The notes beneath the pieces are model-generated. The model saw only the letters and a program-made list of their open reading frames with translations. It was not told the DNA's origin and made no database searches. The position numbers and the translations under genes are program-made. 64,000 bases of DNA from Acanthaster planci. Its lineage: Eukaryota. Where the stretch lies: positions 2,353,599 to 2,417,598 of the forward strand of contig NW_019091360.1 of NCBI RefSeq assembly GCF_001949145.1. The letters run 5' to 3'. Positions 52,673 to 64,000 of this stretch are shown in pieces. How positions within the stretch are numbered: the first letter of the stretch is position 1; every line of letters starts with the position of its first letter.

Positions 52673-52759
52673 GATCTTGAGGTAGTTGACGAAGAGCTGG
52701 ACCGGTCCAGGGAAGAGAACCGTGCATTAAACAAGGCAATGGCTCAACTACGAAGTTAA
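52673..52759 (+). CDS. PAWR: PAWR-like terminal exon, leucine zipper DLEVVDEELDRSREENRALNKAMAQLRS*
   Basis: Acceptor tttccccaatgcag. 28 aa plus TAA, gap-free match to Par-4 DLDDIEDENEQLKQENKTLLKVVGQLTR. Confidence 0.92.
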   Translation, partial: DLEVVDEELDRSREENRALNKAMAQLRS

Positions 52760-53197
52760 TTCATCTTGTTAACTAACCAGCTTCTCTTTAGGTTGGTAAA
52801 AATTGCCAAGCCCCATCAGATCATCTTCCATTCATTTTATTCAACCCTTTAGCAATTGTGAGGACCCACGTACACAGACGAGGGGTGACAAAATTTGGTG
52901 TTCTGAACTGAATTGAACTGCTGTGTCAAAAAAGTTGGAACATTTTTTTTTCAAAGATTCTGCACTTAGATGGCACCCCGTCTCCCCTCCCCCCCCCCAA
53001 AAAAAGGGAAGAAGGATTCTTTGAAACACAGAGGTTTGCGAGCCGCATCAAGTTTATTTATGAAGCACAAACAGTTTTCTTGAACTGTTGGACTATGATC
53101 TTTTCTAAGGTCTCCATTTGTAGTGTCTAATACACAGTATGAGATTCAAGTATGTTGCTGGACAATGGAACGTTGTTCATCAGTGGATATTCATGTA

Positions 53198-53387
53198 CAC
53201 TGTAAAACCATTTGTCAACTTTTGGGTTGATATTTTGCCCAATGTTGGTGTAAATATCAACTTTCCAACCTAATGGTTGCTCAATGTTTGACCAACAGTA
53301 ATTGAAATTAACCAACAATGTTGTAACTTTAAGCAAGGCTGGGAAAATAAATGCCCAACAGTGTGTGATCAACTTTTTTTTACAGTG
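53198..53387. mobile_element. CACT-ended (CACTA/EnSpm-like) MITE
   Basis: TIR cactgtaaaa / ttttacagtg flanked by TA on both sides; internal gttga/tcaac repeats. Confidence 0.8.
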
Positions 53388-54684
53388 TACTGATAACATG
53401 GGAGAAAACTTAAAACGTGCATCTTTGACTGTTTTCTTAGAAATTTACATGTACTCACCGCTTGCCAAAATGCCACAAGTCAAATCATCCATCAGTGCCA
53501 TATGATCTTGCATGTTGGTCTTTCTGAAAAGGTTTCAGTACATACATTAATGTAAGGCCACCTTTAAGTATTTTTGTCGCAAATTGCAAGCATATCTTCC
53601 GGAGAGACAATTTAGGAAGAGGTTTATTATTGTCTGTCATGAAGCAAACCGCACTGCTGGTTTGGATCAGCTGCAATTATGTCAGGTCCATGACCTCTAA
53701 TAAATAATTGAACTAAATAAGGTGTTCTGCATTAATTAAGACACCCCAAGCAAGTTTTTACTTCGCGGCAACCGAGACGTAATTGGCTAATCAAGAATTT
53801 GGAGACCAATCGCCACAAGCTTAAGTGACATGTTTTTTGTGGCATGCACTCGTAAATTCATCAACCATCAGAAAGCCAGTAACCCTTCAATCTCACAGAG
53901 ACACACAGTAAAGTAATGTTTTGAAGAAGTTTTCCCATCCCTGCTTGCACTTTTCTCAACTTCCAGCGGCAAAATCAAATGCGGTCTTGCCTCAATTTTT
54001 AACTTTGTAACTCTGCCGATGCCCCCACTGTGTAAAGCAGGCTAATGTTATCAATACATCTACATCCAGCAGTCCCCCGTCCCACCCTGCTGAGATTGGG
54101 TAACATTATACACAATTAATAGAGAAAAATTGTTCCATCACTTGTCAGCCTTTTAGCCAACTCCTCACGCATACATACCAAATTACATGTATTATTGGCC
54201 CAATCCCATTCTGTTAAATGCTTGTCTTTGAAACAGACACTTTGTAAATCCAGTCACAGCTGTTTTGTACTTTTGAGACTTCCTATTGAAATGCACCTTT
54301 TTTTCGAAGTTAGTGGTTGCACAGGAACCCATAAAGTTACTGTGTACATTTGTCATTTGTTTTACCAGAAATGACAAAATACTTTCTATTTTTGTTTTGT
54401 TTTTTGTTTGTTTGTTTGTTTTTTTCTTGTGGGCTATATAACAGTAATGGTCGAAATATCTTTTCGAAAAACAGTTGTTTGTGTATTTACATGTACTGAG
54501 GAGAGATCTTCAAAACTTTTCCTGATATGTACAAAAACCTGGAAAGATAAGCACTAAATACATTTTGCCTTTAGTATATTTATTGAAAAACCAACAGAGG
54601 GCAGCATTTGTAATCCTCGGCTTGACATTCAAGGGGAGGCTTTGGCCACCTGTGGTGAGGGAAATTATTTTATCCTTTGCCATG

Positions 54685-54698
54685 CCACTAGAGGGCAG
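54685..54698 (+). promoter_or_regulatory. CTCF consensus match
   Basis: CCACTAGAGGGCAG fits CCASYAGRKGGCRS at every position. Confidence 0.45.
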
Positions 54699-56472
54699 CA
54701 GAGACTTTCTTGCATAATTCTCATGCAGCTGATTTTCTTTAAGCAGAGTTTCTTCTTTTACCATTTCCTGGGACCCTTCATATCCCCCTTGTAACTACAG
54801 GTCCTCATTTCATTGAACTTCAAAAGAAAAAAAAATGTAGCTACATGTACATGTAAGCAAATCCTCTCAAAATGTAAGAAAGCACATGAGAATTGCCTTT
54901 ATTATTAGAGAATTGAACTTGTGATTTCAAGCGAAGAGTTGAACCACTTGTAATCTCATTCAGAGAATTTCTTCATTCTGAAAATTACATGTGGACCCTT
55001 CTGCTTTCTCTTATTCACCCAGGAACAAAATAAAGTTGATGTAAATAGCTCGAGGGAAAATTAAACGACCGAGCCGAGTGTGGAAAATACAGGATCTGAA
55101 AGCAAGATAGTTGGCAAGGTAGTTATTTCACAGTGCCTTCATTAGTCTCTGCACCATCAAAAGGGTAGTGTACGCTGACGGTATCTTTTCTGCTTTCTGC
55201 CTATGAACACATGTATTCAGTAAGAGTGTATTCAGATAGCACACAATTTCAGCATCCATTACTTGAGAATTAGTTTAAAGAGCCAAACACCTCTTTGCCA
55301 TGTACTGGGTAATCTAGCAGTCACTTCCAGCACTATAAGCCCCAAGAGGAATAAAGACCATCTACTCCCCCCAAAAAGAAAATCCTCCTTGATCGATCAG
55401 AAATCAGTGTTAAACCCTTTTGCCTTGTTGGGTCACAGTGCCAGCCAGAAATAACACCAGTGAGCCATTGTGGTTTGTGTTACTGCCCTGGGTGGGATTA
55501 TTCACCACAAAAACCTTGTACCTTGCTCAGGGCCTATGAAAAATTTAGGGCCCACAGAAAACTCCAGGGTTTGCAAAATTACCACAAACACATCAGTACT
55601 CCTCCAATTTCCATTCAAAGAACTGTTTCAGAAAACTGGAACAATTTTTTTCTGCAAACTAGCAGAAATCAACTAATTGCATTTTTAAAACTAGCTGTCA
55701 CTGATCTAGCTGGGTACATACGCCAGTGCACGCAGACAAAAAAATTGATGTGCTAAGCTTGTTCTGTAACACACACAGTGCTGACAGGCTTTTACCAGTT
55801 TGGCCTGGGTATTAGCATGAAATGTGAGGCTCAAGCACATAATAACCCATGCCATGCTGGTTCTTATTATGCATGGACATGTACAAAACAGTGGTGTCTA
55901 GGGCTTACAGGCCATATGATCTGGCCCCTCAATTTGATTTCTCTATTTGGGCAGTCTCAGGAAGTCTAGGGAAAGTATGCCCACTTGGAGATTTCTTCAT
56001 TTGTGGCGTGCATTCTGTTTGTAGCCGTGCACTGAAGGGCACGGCTGTTTCTTTCATGGCCAGTTGTTCCTGGTAGGCACATGTCAATAAGGACTTAAAC
56101 ATGCCCCATAACAGAAGGGTTAAAGACACTGTAACCACTCAGTTTGATGAAATGGGACAGTTTTCAGGACTTTGTAAATCTTGAGGAGGTTTGCAAAATT
56201 TCCCCAATGCAAGTTTTTTTAATGGGGCATTTTTTTAAAATTTACATAATGCAAAACTCTGTAATTGCTTGGTGTCTTTAGGTTCAGATATTTTTGTCCT
56301 GAGGATCCACCAGGTGGTGATGTAGGTCTTGAGACCGGCCTAGAGACCAGTCTTGCTTGTCTTTGTCTCGGTCATGGTCTACCTCTTGGAAATATAAGGT
56401 CTCTGTATTTTTGCTGGTCCTTGGTCCAAACTAGTAACATGCAGCGTGTTAATGCTCATAATCAGTTACATC

Positions 56473-56577
56473 ATTTATGTAACGGGTTTTGCCTTACCCA
56501 ATGTCTATTAATAACAAAACTTGGCAAAACCGTTATATAAATTAACATCTCCCCAACGCAAAAATACATCTTGATAA
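56473..56577. mobile_element. Short, internally deleted copy of the 44297 repeat family
   Basis: Same left arm (tttatgtaacgggttttgccttacccaa) and right tail (gttatataaattaacatctccccaacgcaaaaatacatcttga). Flanking 10-bp direct repeat cagttacatc / cagttgcatc. Confidence 0.8.
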
Positions 56578-56598
56578 CAGTTGCATCGTGTTTATCAG

Positions 56599-56845
56599 GG
56601 GCCAATTTCATAGTGCTGCTTAAAAGAAAAAGTTGCTTAAGCGTGAAAAAACTTTGCTTGACAAATCAGGTTACCAGCCAAAACTTCTTGTGATGAATAT
56701 TGTTTTGGAATGGTATTTACCTGTCTTTTGGTTAGCATGACAATCACATAGAGTTTGAGCTGGTAGGCCTAACCTTTGTTTTTTCAGCTAGGTTTTTTCG
56801 TGCTTAAGCAAATTCTGTGCTTAAATAGCTCTATGAAATTGGCCA
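56599..56845. mobile_element. PIF/Harbinger-like MITE
   Basis: Long TIR ggccaatttcatagtgctgcttaa / ttaaatagctctatgaaattggcc, extended by ttgcttaagc / gcttaagcaa. CWG-type 3-bp flanks (cag/ctg). Confidence 0.8.
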
Positions 56846-59800
56846 CTGGACAGTTTCATCACTATTGAGATTAGAGGAGTTGCGCCGTACTGCAGTTCAA
56901 GGGTCAAGGGTCAACCTCTTTTGATTTTGCGTGCCATGTATGCATTTATTGCAACCGTGGTTGAAGAAAACGTGACGCAACTAGGTTCATTGAGCCCATG
57001 TAAATCTGCAGGTCATGTTTTCACAGCATGTCTTCTTGCTGTGATATTCATGACTAACGTGTAGAGGGCGAGTATGGGTTGTACAAGAACTCCCAGCACA
57101 CCCTACTCTCTCAGTATTTGTAGACTGTTAGCTGTATATGTACGTGGTGTACATACACGTCGTCATGACATAAGTTGCATTACAATGCCACCAGTCCCGT
57201 TGTCGTAGCAGCGAAAACAACATGGAAATCTTCCAAGTGGTGGAGACAGAAATAACAAGCAAGAAAGTTTCTCAGAATTGGTCGGATCACTTTCTGCACT
57301 GTTATGATAGGGTGTGGCAAGAGCTAAACTAGCATTCATAAAAAGAAACTTTATTCAATCTTTGGTGTGTTTTCGGTGCACAACACATCATGTCATTATT
57401 GAATTAAGGTCTTGGTCTTGATCCCGGGCTGTATTGGTTTCAGTATCGATTTCATGGTCATGGTCTCACCACTCCAGGTCGTGCCCTTGGTCATGGGCCG
57501 TCTGGTCTCGATGCTGCCACCAGGACTTGGAATTCAGGAATTTTTAGAGAGAATTTGAGAGCAGAAAAGAGCTGGAGTAGAATTATAACCTTGTACGTGT
57601 AGGTTGTGCTTTTCAGAATGCAACTGGGTATTTGTAAAAAAACGAGTTGGCAAGATTGGAGAGTTGAATTTATAACACTGTTAGAATAAATATTTCAACA
57701 ACTCCCATTTTCCGTGAAAAGTTGTTTTCTTGCATTGTGGTACCAGGACTTAGAGGACTGTAGTTCTACACTCAGTGCTTTCCACTTTTGAGTAAATGAT
57801 GATCTGCTGTGTGTGTTCTGAATAAGTTTTCAAGAAATATTTGAAGTATAAATGTAGGGGTTCCAATTTTTCCAGATACACTAACCTATCTTTTTATAGC
57901 TATATATTTTTCACAGAAAGTCTGGGATTGTTAATGTGAGTAAAAAAAATTACAAGGACAGATGATTTTTTTTGTCCAAATGGAGAGGAGAATTTAGTAA
58001 AGTGGTTGAATTGTGAGGACTTATCCATATGTGTTTTTGACATGGGCATCAACTATTTCGCCAGCTGAACAGCACTTGTAGTTTAAAGTAGATACTTCGT
58101 GAGGTCATGTCAAGGCCAACTTGTTTCGAGAAGTGAAATTGGTGTTTTGGCAGAGAAACAAGTGGGCACTCACCAGAATGTTGGACACGGCATCTTTGCC
58201 TTGTCTGCGGCCGAATTGGAAGAAGATTTTTGGCCTACAGCCGGACGAGGTGAAAAAAAAAAATGTATGCGTGATGGAGACAGTGCCAGCGTGGTAGACC
58301 ATTTCAAAATGTCATCTGCCTAGTCTTCTTTAGCATTCTTTAATGTTCAAACAAACTGAAAAGATGCCAACCTGTGGCTTTGAAGTGAAATATCTGATGT
58401 TCTTGTGCCAAGCTAAGGAGGGCCTGTGTTGAGCCTTTAGATCCAGGAGTCCTCACCTGAGACAAGTCCATGCTTGTGAAATAGCTATATTCAGAGAACA
58501 TACAATTAGAATGGAATGGATATGGTCCAAAAGCCAACCAAACTGGAATTGTTCATTTTTTGTTATTGCGCTTCCAGGTAGTTTCTGCAGGGGAGTGACC
58601 TTGTTGACATGAGTTTAAAACCAAATTGTAAGTTAAGGCTTCTTTAAGCAGAACCCTGCCACAAATGGCAGCAGGGCAAAGCAACAGTTTTGCTCTGGGT
58701 GTAATCCAGAGTATTAACGGTCTCAGCACTGACTCAGTCCCAGTATGACTTATCTTAAGGGGTAAACATCAGAGAACAGAAACCCCATAGAGGACTTACT
58801 CGGTGTGCCCTTGCTGAGGATGGGTATTTGTTCCGGTGCGTTACCCTCAAGTAGACGCTGTGTGCATCCATTGTCATCAAATTTAAATAAAACTGTTCGC
58901 TGTGAGGGCACCCCATGCAGTTCCTCCGTTCATCGATTTTTATGAACTAGACTCACAGATGCTTTTTTTTTTGGTTAAAATTTCTTTCTAACATCTCTGG
59001 AAGTGTGTATATTCACATCTCCTCAAACAGTTTTTCAATGTGTATTCCATGTATTAAAGTAAGATATTTATTGCTCGTCAAACCTTGCATAATTTAGTGC
59101 TATCCAACAAGTTGGACATTGGCTATTGAGCATGATTAGAAATAATAGTGTATGGTTTAGCAATAGGAGAGTCTATAACAAAATACCCAAAGTAATTTTT
59201 TGTTCACAAGCAATTGTTTTGTGCTACTTGTTTTATTTTCATTGGGTGATGAAATAGTTAGGAAATTGTTGCTTTTGTGGCGAGTTTCAAAGATAACAGG
59301 AGCTACAGACCTCCAATAAATTCCATGGAGTCATTAAGCTAGAGTGTGTTGATTGGAGAAAGAAATTCTGGGGCAAGATCTGCCGACAAGAAACTGAAAA
59401 TTTGCACAATGTGTCTGACCTCTGGGTCAGTAACCACTGTTTTTGAAAGCATAGTTTCACTCAGAAAGGAAAATGCTATCCTTATAAGTTTGACACAGCC
59501 CCAGCGCAGCTCGAAAGAATGTTTCTCAAGTTTGGGGCATGTACACAAACTCTACTTGCATCTGTTTTTTATTCCACCTCGTCCTCTCTTTTTTTTCTGA
59601 GATTTGCTTCCACAGGCCTCCTGTGGACACAGTAGATTGAAGCGGCCATTTTGTGTCCACCTTTTGGAGAAACTTATCTGTACATCTATATGTCGAACTG
59701 GGACAGCTTTGTCATAGCTCTGCATGTGTTGAGCTCTGCATCTAACAATGTTAAATGTTTTTGTTGCAGTTTTCCTAATCAATTTGAACAGCGTGGGAAT

Positions 59801-61333
59801 TATGTGTGTGCAGATAAGGATATGGTTACTTGCAATGCTTAAAATGAGTTTAATAATAATAATTGCTGATAGCCTAGGTTAAGTGAGAATTTCTTAAATT
59901 GTTTGTTTTGCAAAGTTGTGCTAGTTGATTTAGTGCTCAACAGTATCATGGAAGTCACTCCAGAGAGCAAGGACCACGGTGCAGTCGCAATCCGACTTTG
60001 GTAAAATAATGCTCAGTCTGAAGGGAGCCTGTGGGGGTCAACCAGCAGACTGCTGGCATGTAAATGAAGAGGTTTTTTTAGAGTGGCCTGACCATGGAGT
60101 GTGCATTTTGTAACCCTCTTCACTAATTTTTGTCCATCAGTTTGTCAATCAGACGCAATGGGCAAAGGCTATATCTCCAAGCTAGCCACAAATGCCAGTT
60201 AGAGGACTTGTGTCAAAAAGGTACTGTGTGTATTTATTTTAGTTCACTGGCTACCAAAGATAAGTTGAATATGTTTCCCCACAAGAAGTTTTCTTTCAGC
60301 TTTCATTTGTTAATTTCAGTTGCTGATTTCGTTCATTATCTGAATTATATATTTGCGGGTTATGGAGTGTCTTTCTTCTGTTCTTTTGGGTTTTCATTTG
60401 ACTTTTTTTTTGATAATTACGTTCGTTGTCACAGTTTGCATGCTGAATGCTTTTAATTATTTATAACAGCTGTTACCATAGTTTGTATTTTGATGTAATA
60501 TTTTTAATTTTCTTTTCTTTCATTTATCAGCTAGACCTGCATTTTATCTCCTTTTATATATACAAGCATGTGACTCAGCAGGCGGACTGTATAGAAAATT
60601 CACATACTGTAGATAAAAAAGTATATATTTGTCTAGTTTTTAAACAAAAAGCAAACCGATCAGTTTTTGAAAACCAGACTGTGAAAAAAATCGTCTTAGT
60701 TATTCCCACTTGGTCATGGTGAGACCGAATTTCTGCAGATATAAGCATGTTCAGAATATTTAAAATCCTGTGAACTTATCAAATTAATTGTAGTCTTATT
60801 TCCCAATGTAAAATTATGTAGAATTATATAAATAATAATTTCTGCTTCTTATATAAATGCTGGTCACTTGTTTGTCAAATTAGAGTTATACATTTTGGAT
60901 TGTAATTATATTTCGTCATAAAAAAATGTATTTAAGTGGTGCTGCAGGATGTTTAACAAGAAGTTTAACCAGTGTAGTTTGGCTTGTTGAAGTAGAATCT
61001 CTCTTCTAAAAAATGGATACATTAAACAGAAATCATGAAATTGATTTGCCAGCGTTGATTTTGATCTGGACCAGTTTTTAAACAGCTGTTTGGGCTGTCT
61101 TGTTTGTTTGGGTTTTGTTCATGAGTTCTGTATTGGTTGGAGTGGGATGGATGGGGAAAGATGGGTTATGGATGGGATGGAGTTGATTGTGGTTGGGCGG
61201 GAGTAAGTGGGCGCCGGTTGTTGAAAGTTGCTTTTTAACATTTGCACTCAACCACGTTTTTGTTGCACTATGTTATTAGACTTATTGTCACGTGTATATT
61301 GTCTCACTGAATTTTAGCTACAGCGTTCTGGAA

Positions 61334-61583
61334 CTATGTAACTGCATTATTGGTCCTTGTGGGGTTGAGAGTTGACCGGATTGAGGTTGCAACTGCGAGT
61401 TTTTCGTCATCGAAATAAAATTTGTCTTGATTTCCCAATATGGATGATTGGTTTGACAGAATATCACAAAGTTTCACATACTTGCTTCTCTGCCTCGTCG
61501 TGGTTTCTCTCCTCTTCCTTACATTTGGTTTGGCGAGTAGGAAATTTTTATGGTGCCTGGTCTTGATGTTTTGTGAAAAAGAC
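61334..61583 (-). CDS. Possible terminal exon of an unidentified convergent gene (SFSQNIKTRHHKNFLLAKPNVRKRRE...KFYFDDEKLAVATSIRSTLNPTRTNNAVT*)
   Basis: Minus-strand acceptor actttccag followed by 82 open codons to TAG. No recognised homology. Confidence 0.25.
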
Positions 61584-61737
61584 CTGGAAAGTGTTGACAT
61601 AACTACCAGCACATATTTCCGTGATATTTGGATGGCAAGGGACTTTAAGATAACTCTAAGGAATGATCATGTTATGACAAAAATTTAAAGAAGGCATCAG
61701 GTTGTCCGCTACAAATTGAACAGAAACTGGACCATGG

Positions 61738-61957
61738 CAAGGGCGGATGGGGGGGGTAGTGGGGCCATGCTGCCCCCAAACACCCTTTGTTTGGGGGGAA
61801 GAATAATAACGTGCATTTTTTTCTTTCTATTTCTTGTTCCTTCCTCACCTCTAAGAAAGGTCAAAAAAGGTTATATGAAAAATTTTAAATTGTCCCCCAC
61901 ACCGAAATAACCCCCAAAATTTGGCCAGCCGAACATTTGGATCTGGGTTCGCCCTTG
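61738..61957. mobile_element. GC-rich-ended MITE remnant (hAT-like)
   Basis: Termini caagggcgga / ttcgcccttg with G/C runs inside. TSD not preserved. Confidence 0.55.
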
Positions 61958-63843
61958 GAGACGGTGAAATAAGCTCACTGAAATTTGATAATTATTGTGT
62001 CGAAAACCTTGGATTCTTGCATTTTTCTTATTTTTGAAATAGAGGGTATCGTAACATTTTTCCCCAATGCAACTTCTTTACTGGAACATTGTTCGATTTA
62101 ATTACTTTCATAGTTGCTCCTTTAAATTGGAGCAGTGCTATGGATGTTGTTCAAAGTTCCATTATACTTGCAGCGTTTGTTTAATGTGCAACTTATAGAA
62201 GGATCACGGTGTTAGGCCTACATCAAAATTGTGTACCTGTGTGTCTTTTTATAAAATAAATCCGCGTGCGCACACCCCTTTGCACATTGAATCTTCCAAA
62301 AGTTTTTGTCCAATCAACGGTTATCTTTTCCCGCGTACACTTCCTGTGTGTTCACCAGAAACCCCACCGGTCTTACGTAAGTTGTTTTGTCCTCAGATAT
62401 GGTTGTACTTCGGAAAACACCCAGATATAATTTTATTGTCTAGTGCACTGCCGTATTTCCATAAGAAAACATGCCTTGTTGCAGACCCATTGTGTTGTTT
62501 ATGGCTATGTGAGAGATTCGAGAGAGTAAGAGACAGTTGCTATTTTAGATTGCTTGAAGAAGTTGAAGTGGGAGGTCTGAGATATTGCGGCAGCAGAGAT
62601 CAAGCACTGAACCTGAATCAAGCAGCGTTACCTTGGTCGTGTGTGATCAACTGAGAACGCGAGAGATTCAGCCCCAGTCCTTCTGACGGGAAATCAGTCC
62701 CGATCGACAAGGGAGTTTCGGCAAATACAGGCCAAACTCTTCTACCGTTATCCGGATCGTCTTGGCCAGCAACAATCAGCCTGCAGCTCCCGAGCACAGA
62801 TCTTGAGAAATAACCGGAAGTATTCAAATCTAAGGTTTATTTATAGATGATTTTGCTTAAAGATTGAGAGCTGATTGAGACTGATCCTGCGTAAAGCTGA
62901 TTTTAAGGACTGATTGAAAGTACGAAGTCAGATCAATGTAATTTTGAGTAAACTGAGAAGACTCAATATTGATTTGTTGGTTTCAATCCGAGAAATCAAG
63001 ACGAGCACACTCCTGAAGATAATTATAATTATTTTAGAGTGAATGGTCTGATTAAGATGAGCCCAAAGATATGTGGCAAGATATCTAGCAAATTGTCTGA
63101 GACGCAGAATCCTGAACATAATTTTGAGAAGACTCAATGGGTTGTGCATGAATTGTTTCTTATGTATATAGATGGCTGTTTGGTGCAAGAAACGCCGAGA
63201 CCCTTGCCTATAGTCATTGGGCTCTAATCATGTCAACTTGAAGCCGTGCGTCTATACTGGGCAGACAAGAATCGAAGGTTACGTAGGAAATCACAGCTAC
63301 CTTACCTGGAACGTCGACTCACCTCCTTCGTGTAACCGGAGCCTTTTCAGAGCCACAAACACTTATGTAGCTTAATTGGGTGTTATTTTTATAACTTAAT
63401 TTATTTTATGACTCTGTATTGTTTCATGACAATTTGTTTCTGATAACTTTGTAGTTGTCATTTCCAAAATATCCCCACAAGAGTAATGTGAATTGGATAC
63501 GATGTGAATGGATTACTAAATTCAAGTTAAGGAGTAACGAGAGTGAAGAATTGAATTGTGCAGATAAGAATAATATAAAATATTGTGGGTTAGACATTCT
63601 CTGTACTTGTAAATATCGAATTGAAATTAAGAGTCAAGAAAGAAACTCACAAGTGTGGGACTCATTTTGTTTATGGAGTTTGATTTATAGTCTTGTCACT
63701 GGGATCTGGGGTTGCCATTCCAGGTACATATGTAGTCCGCTGTAACTTATAAGAAAATGATGGAGTGATAACACCCGGCCCCTTCTTCTGGTACCTTTGA
63801 TTACTTAACACTGCATTTCTTGATAATTGTATATTCGCCTTAC

Positions 63844-63973
63844 ATGTTTCTTGAGCCACCGGTTAAAAACTCCTCGAAGGCCCACGGGATTTGGACGCGC
63901 TGCTGGGCCATGGCGGAGGAGGATGGTGTGCGTTGTGTCTTGAGGATGAAGTCTTGGTGTGTACAAGTTCTAT
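63844..63973 (-). other. Possible minus-strand exon (..QDFILKTQRTPSSSAMAQQRVQIPWAFEEFLTGGSRN..)
   Basis: Acceptor taacag and donor CAT|gtaagg, one open frame, GC-rich. Product not recognised. Confidence 0.25.
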
Positions 63974-64000
63974 CTGTTACATGTGTGCGAAAAAAAGGTT

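Larger units (their letters stand above)
52760..61060 (+). other. Possible extent of the PAWR 3' UTR (end uncertain)
   Basis: No further plus-strand exons. AATAAA at 53699 and 55029. AU-rich tract about 60250-60950 ending in ATTAAA 61021-61026, followed by GT-rich sequence. Confidence 0.35.

Noticed and set aside
63910..64000. Plus-strand start MAEEDGVRCV... running off the window
   Set aside because: The CCATGG palindrome gives a good start context on both strands, and the peptide is short and unrecognisable.
1..64000. Remaining 60-140 aa ORFs in the track
   Set aside because: They lack splice support, coding-like composition or recognisable homology, and are expected by chance in introns and UTRs.

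Overview
Eukaryotic, intron-rich animal DNA with CpG-poor gene bodies, many TACATGTA words and one 21-N gap. It is probably an invertebrate deuterostome such as an echinoderm, but the species cannot be determined from the sequence. Nearly all ORFs in the supplied track are spurious; the real genes were assembled by hand from GT-AG exons. (1) 1708-17919 (+): 3' part of a myosin phosphatase targeting subunit gene (PPP1R12/MYPT1-like), 8 coding exons ending in the leucine zipper ...[24 protein letters not shown], followed by a probable long 3' UTR. (2) 29401-52759 (+): a complete 6-coding-exon, 277-aa PAWR/Par-4-like gene lying tandem and downstream, the arrangement I recall for vertebrates. Main observations: the Par-4 gene repeats the motif order and intron phases of the 3' half of the neighbouring MYPT gene, consistent with origin by partial tandem duplication. 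The large MYPT intron holds ATG-bearing candidate first exons predicting short (166 and 210 aa) M20/M21-like isoforms. A Par-4 intron carries a CArG box next to a compound DR4+DR5 nuclear-receptor element. Several MITEs and an unusual TSD-flanked hairpin repeat with a tRNA-like spacer are also present. The last ~2.7 kb contain unresolved minus-strand exon-like segments.
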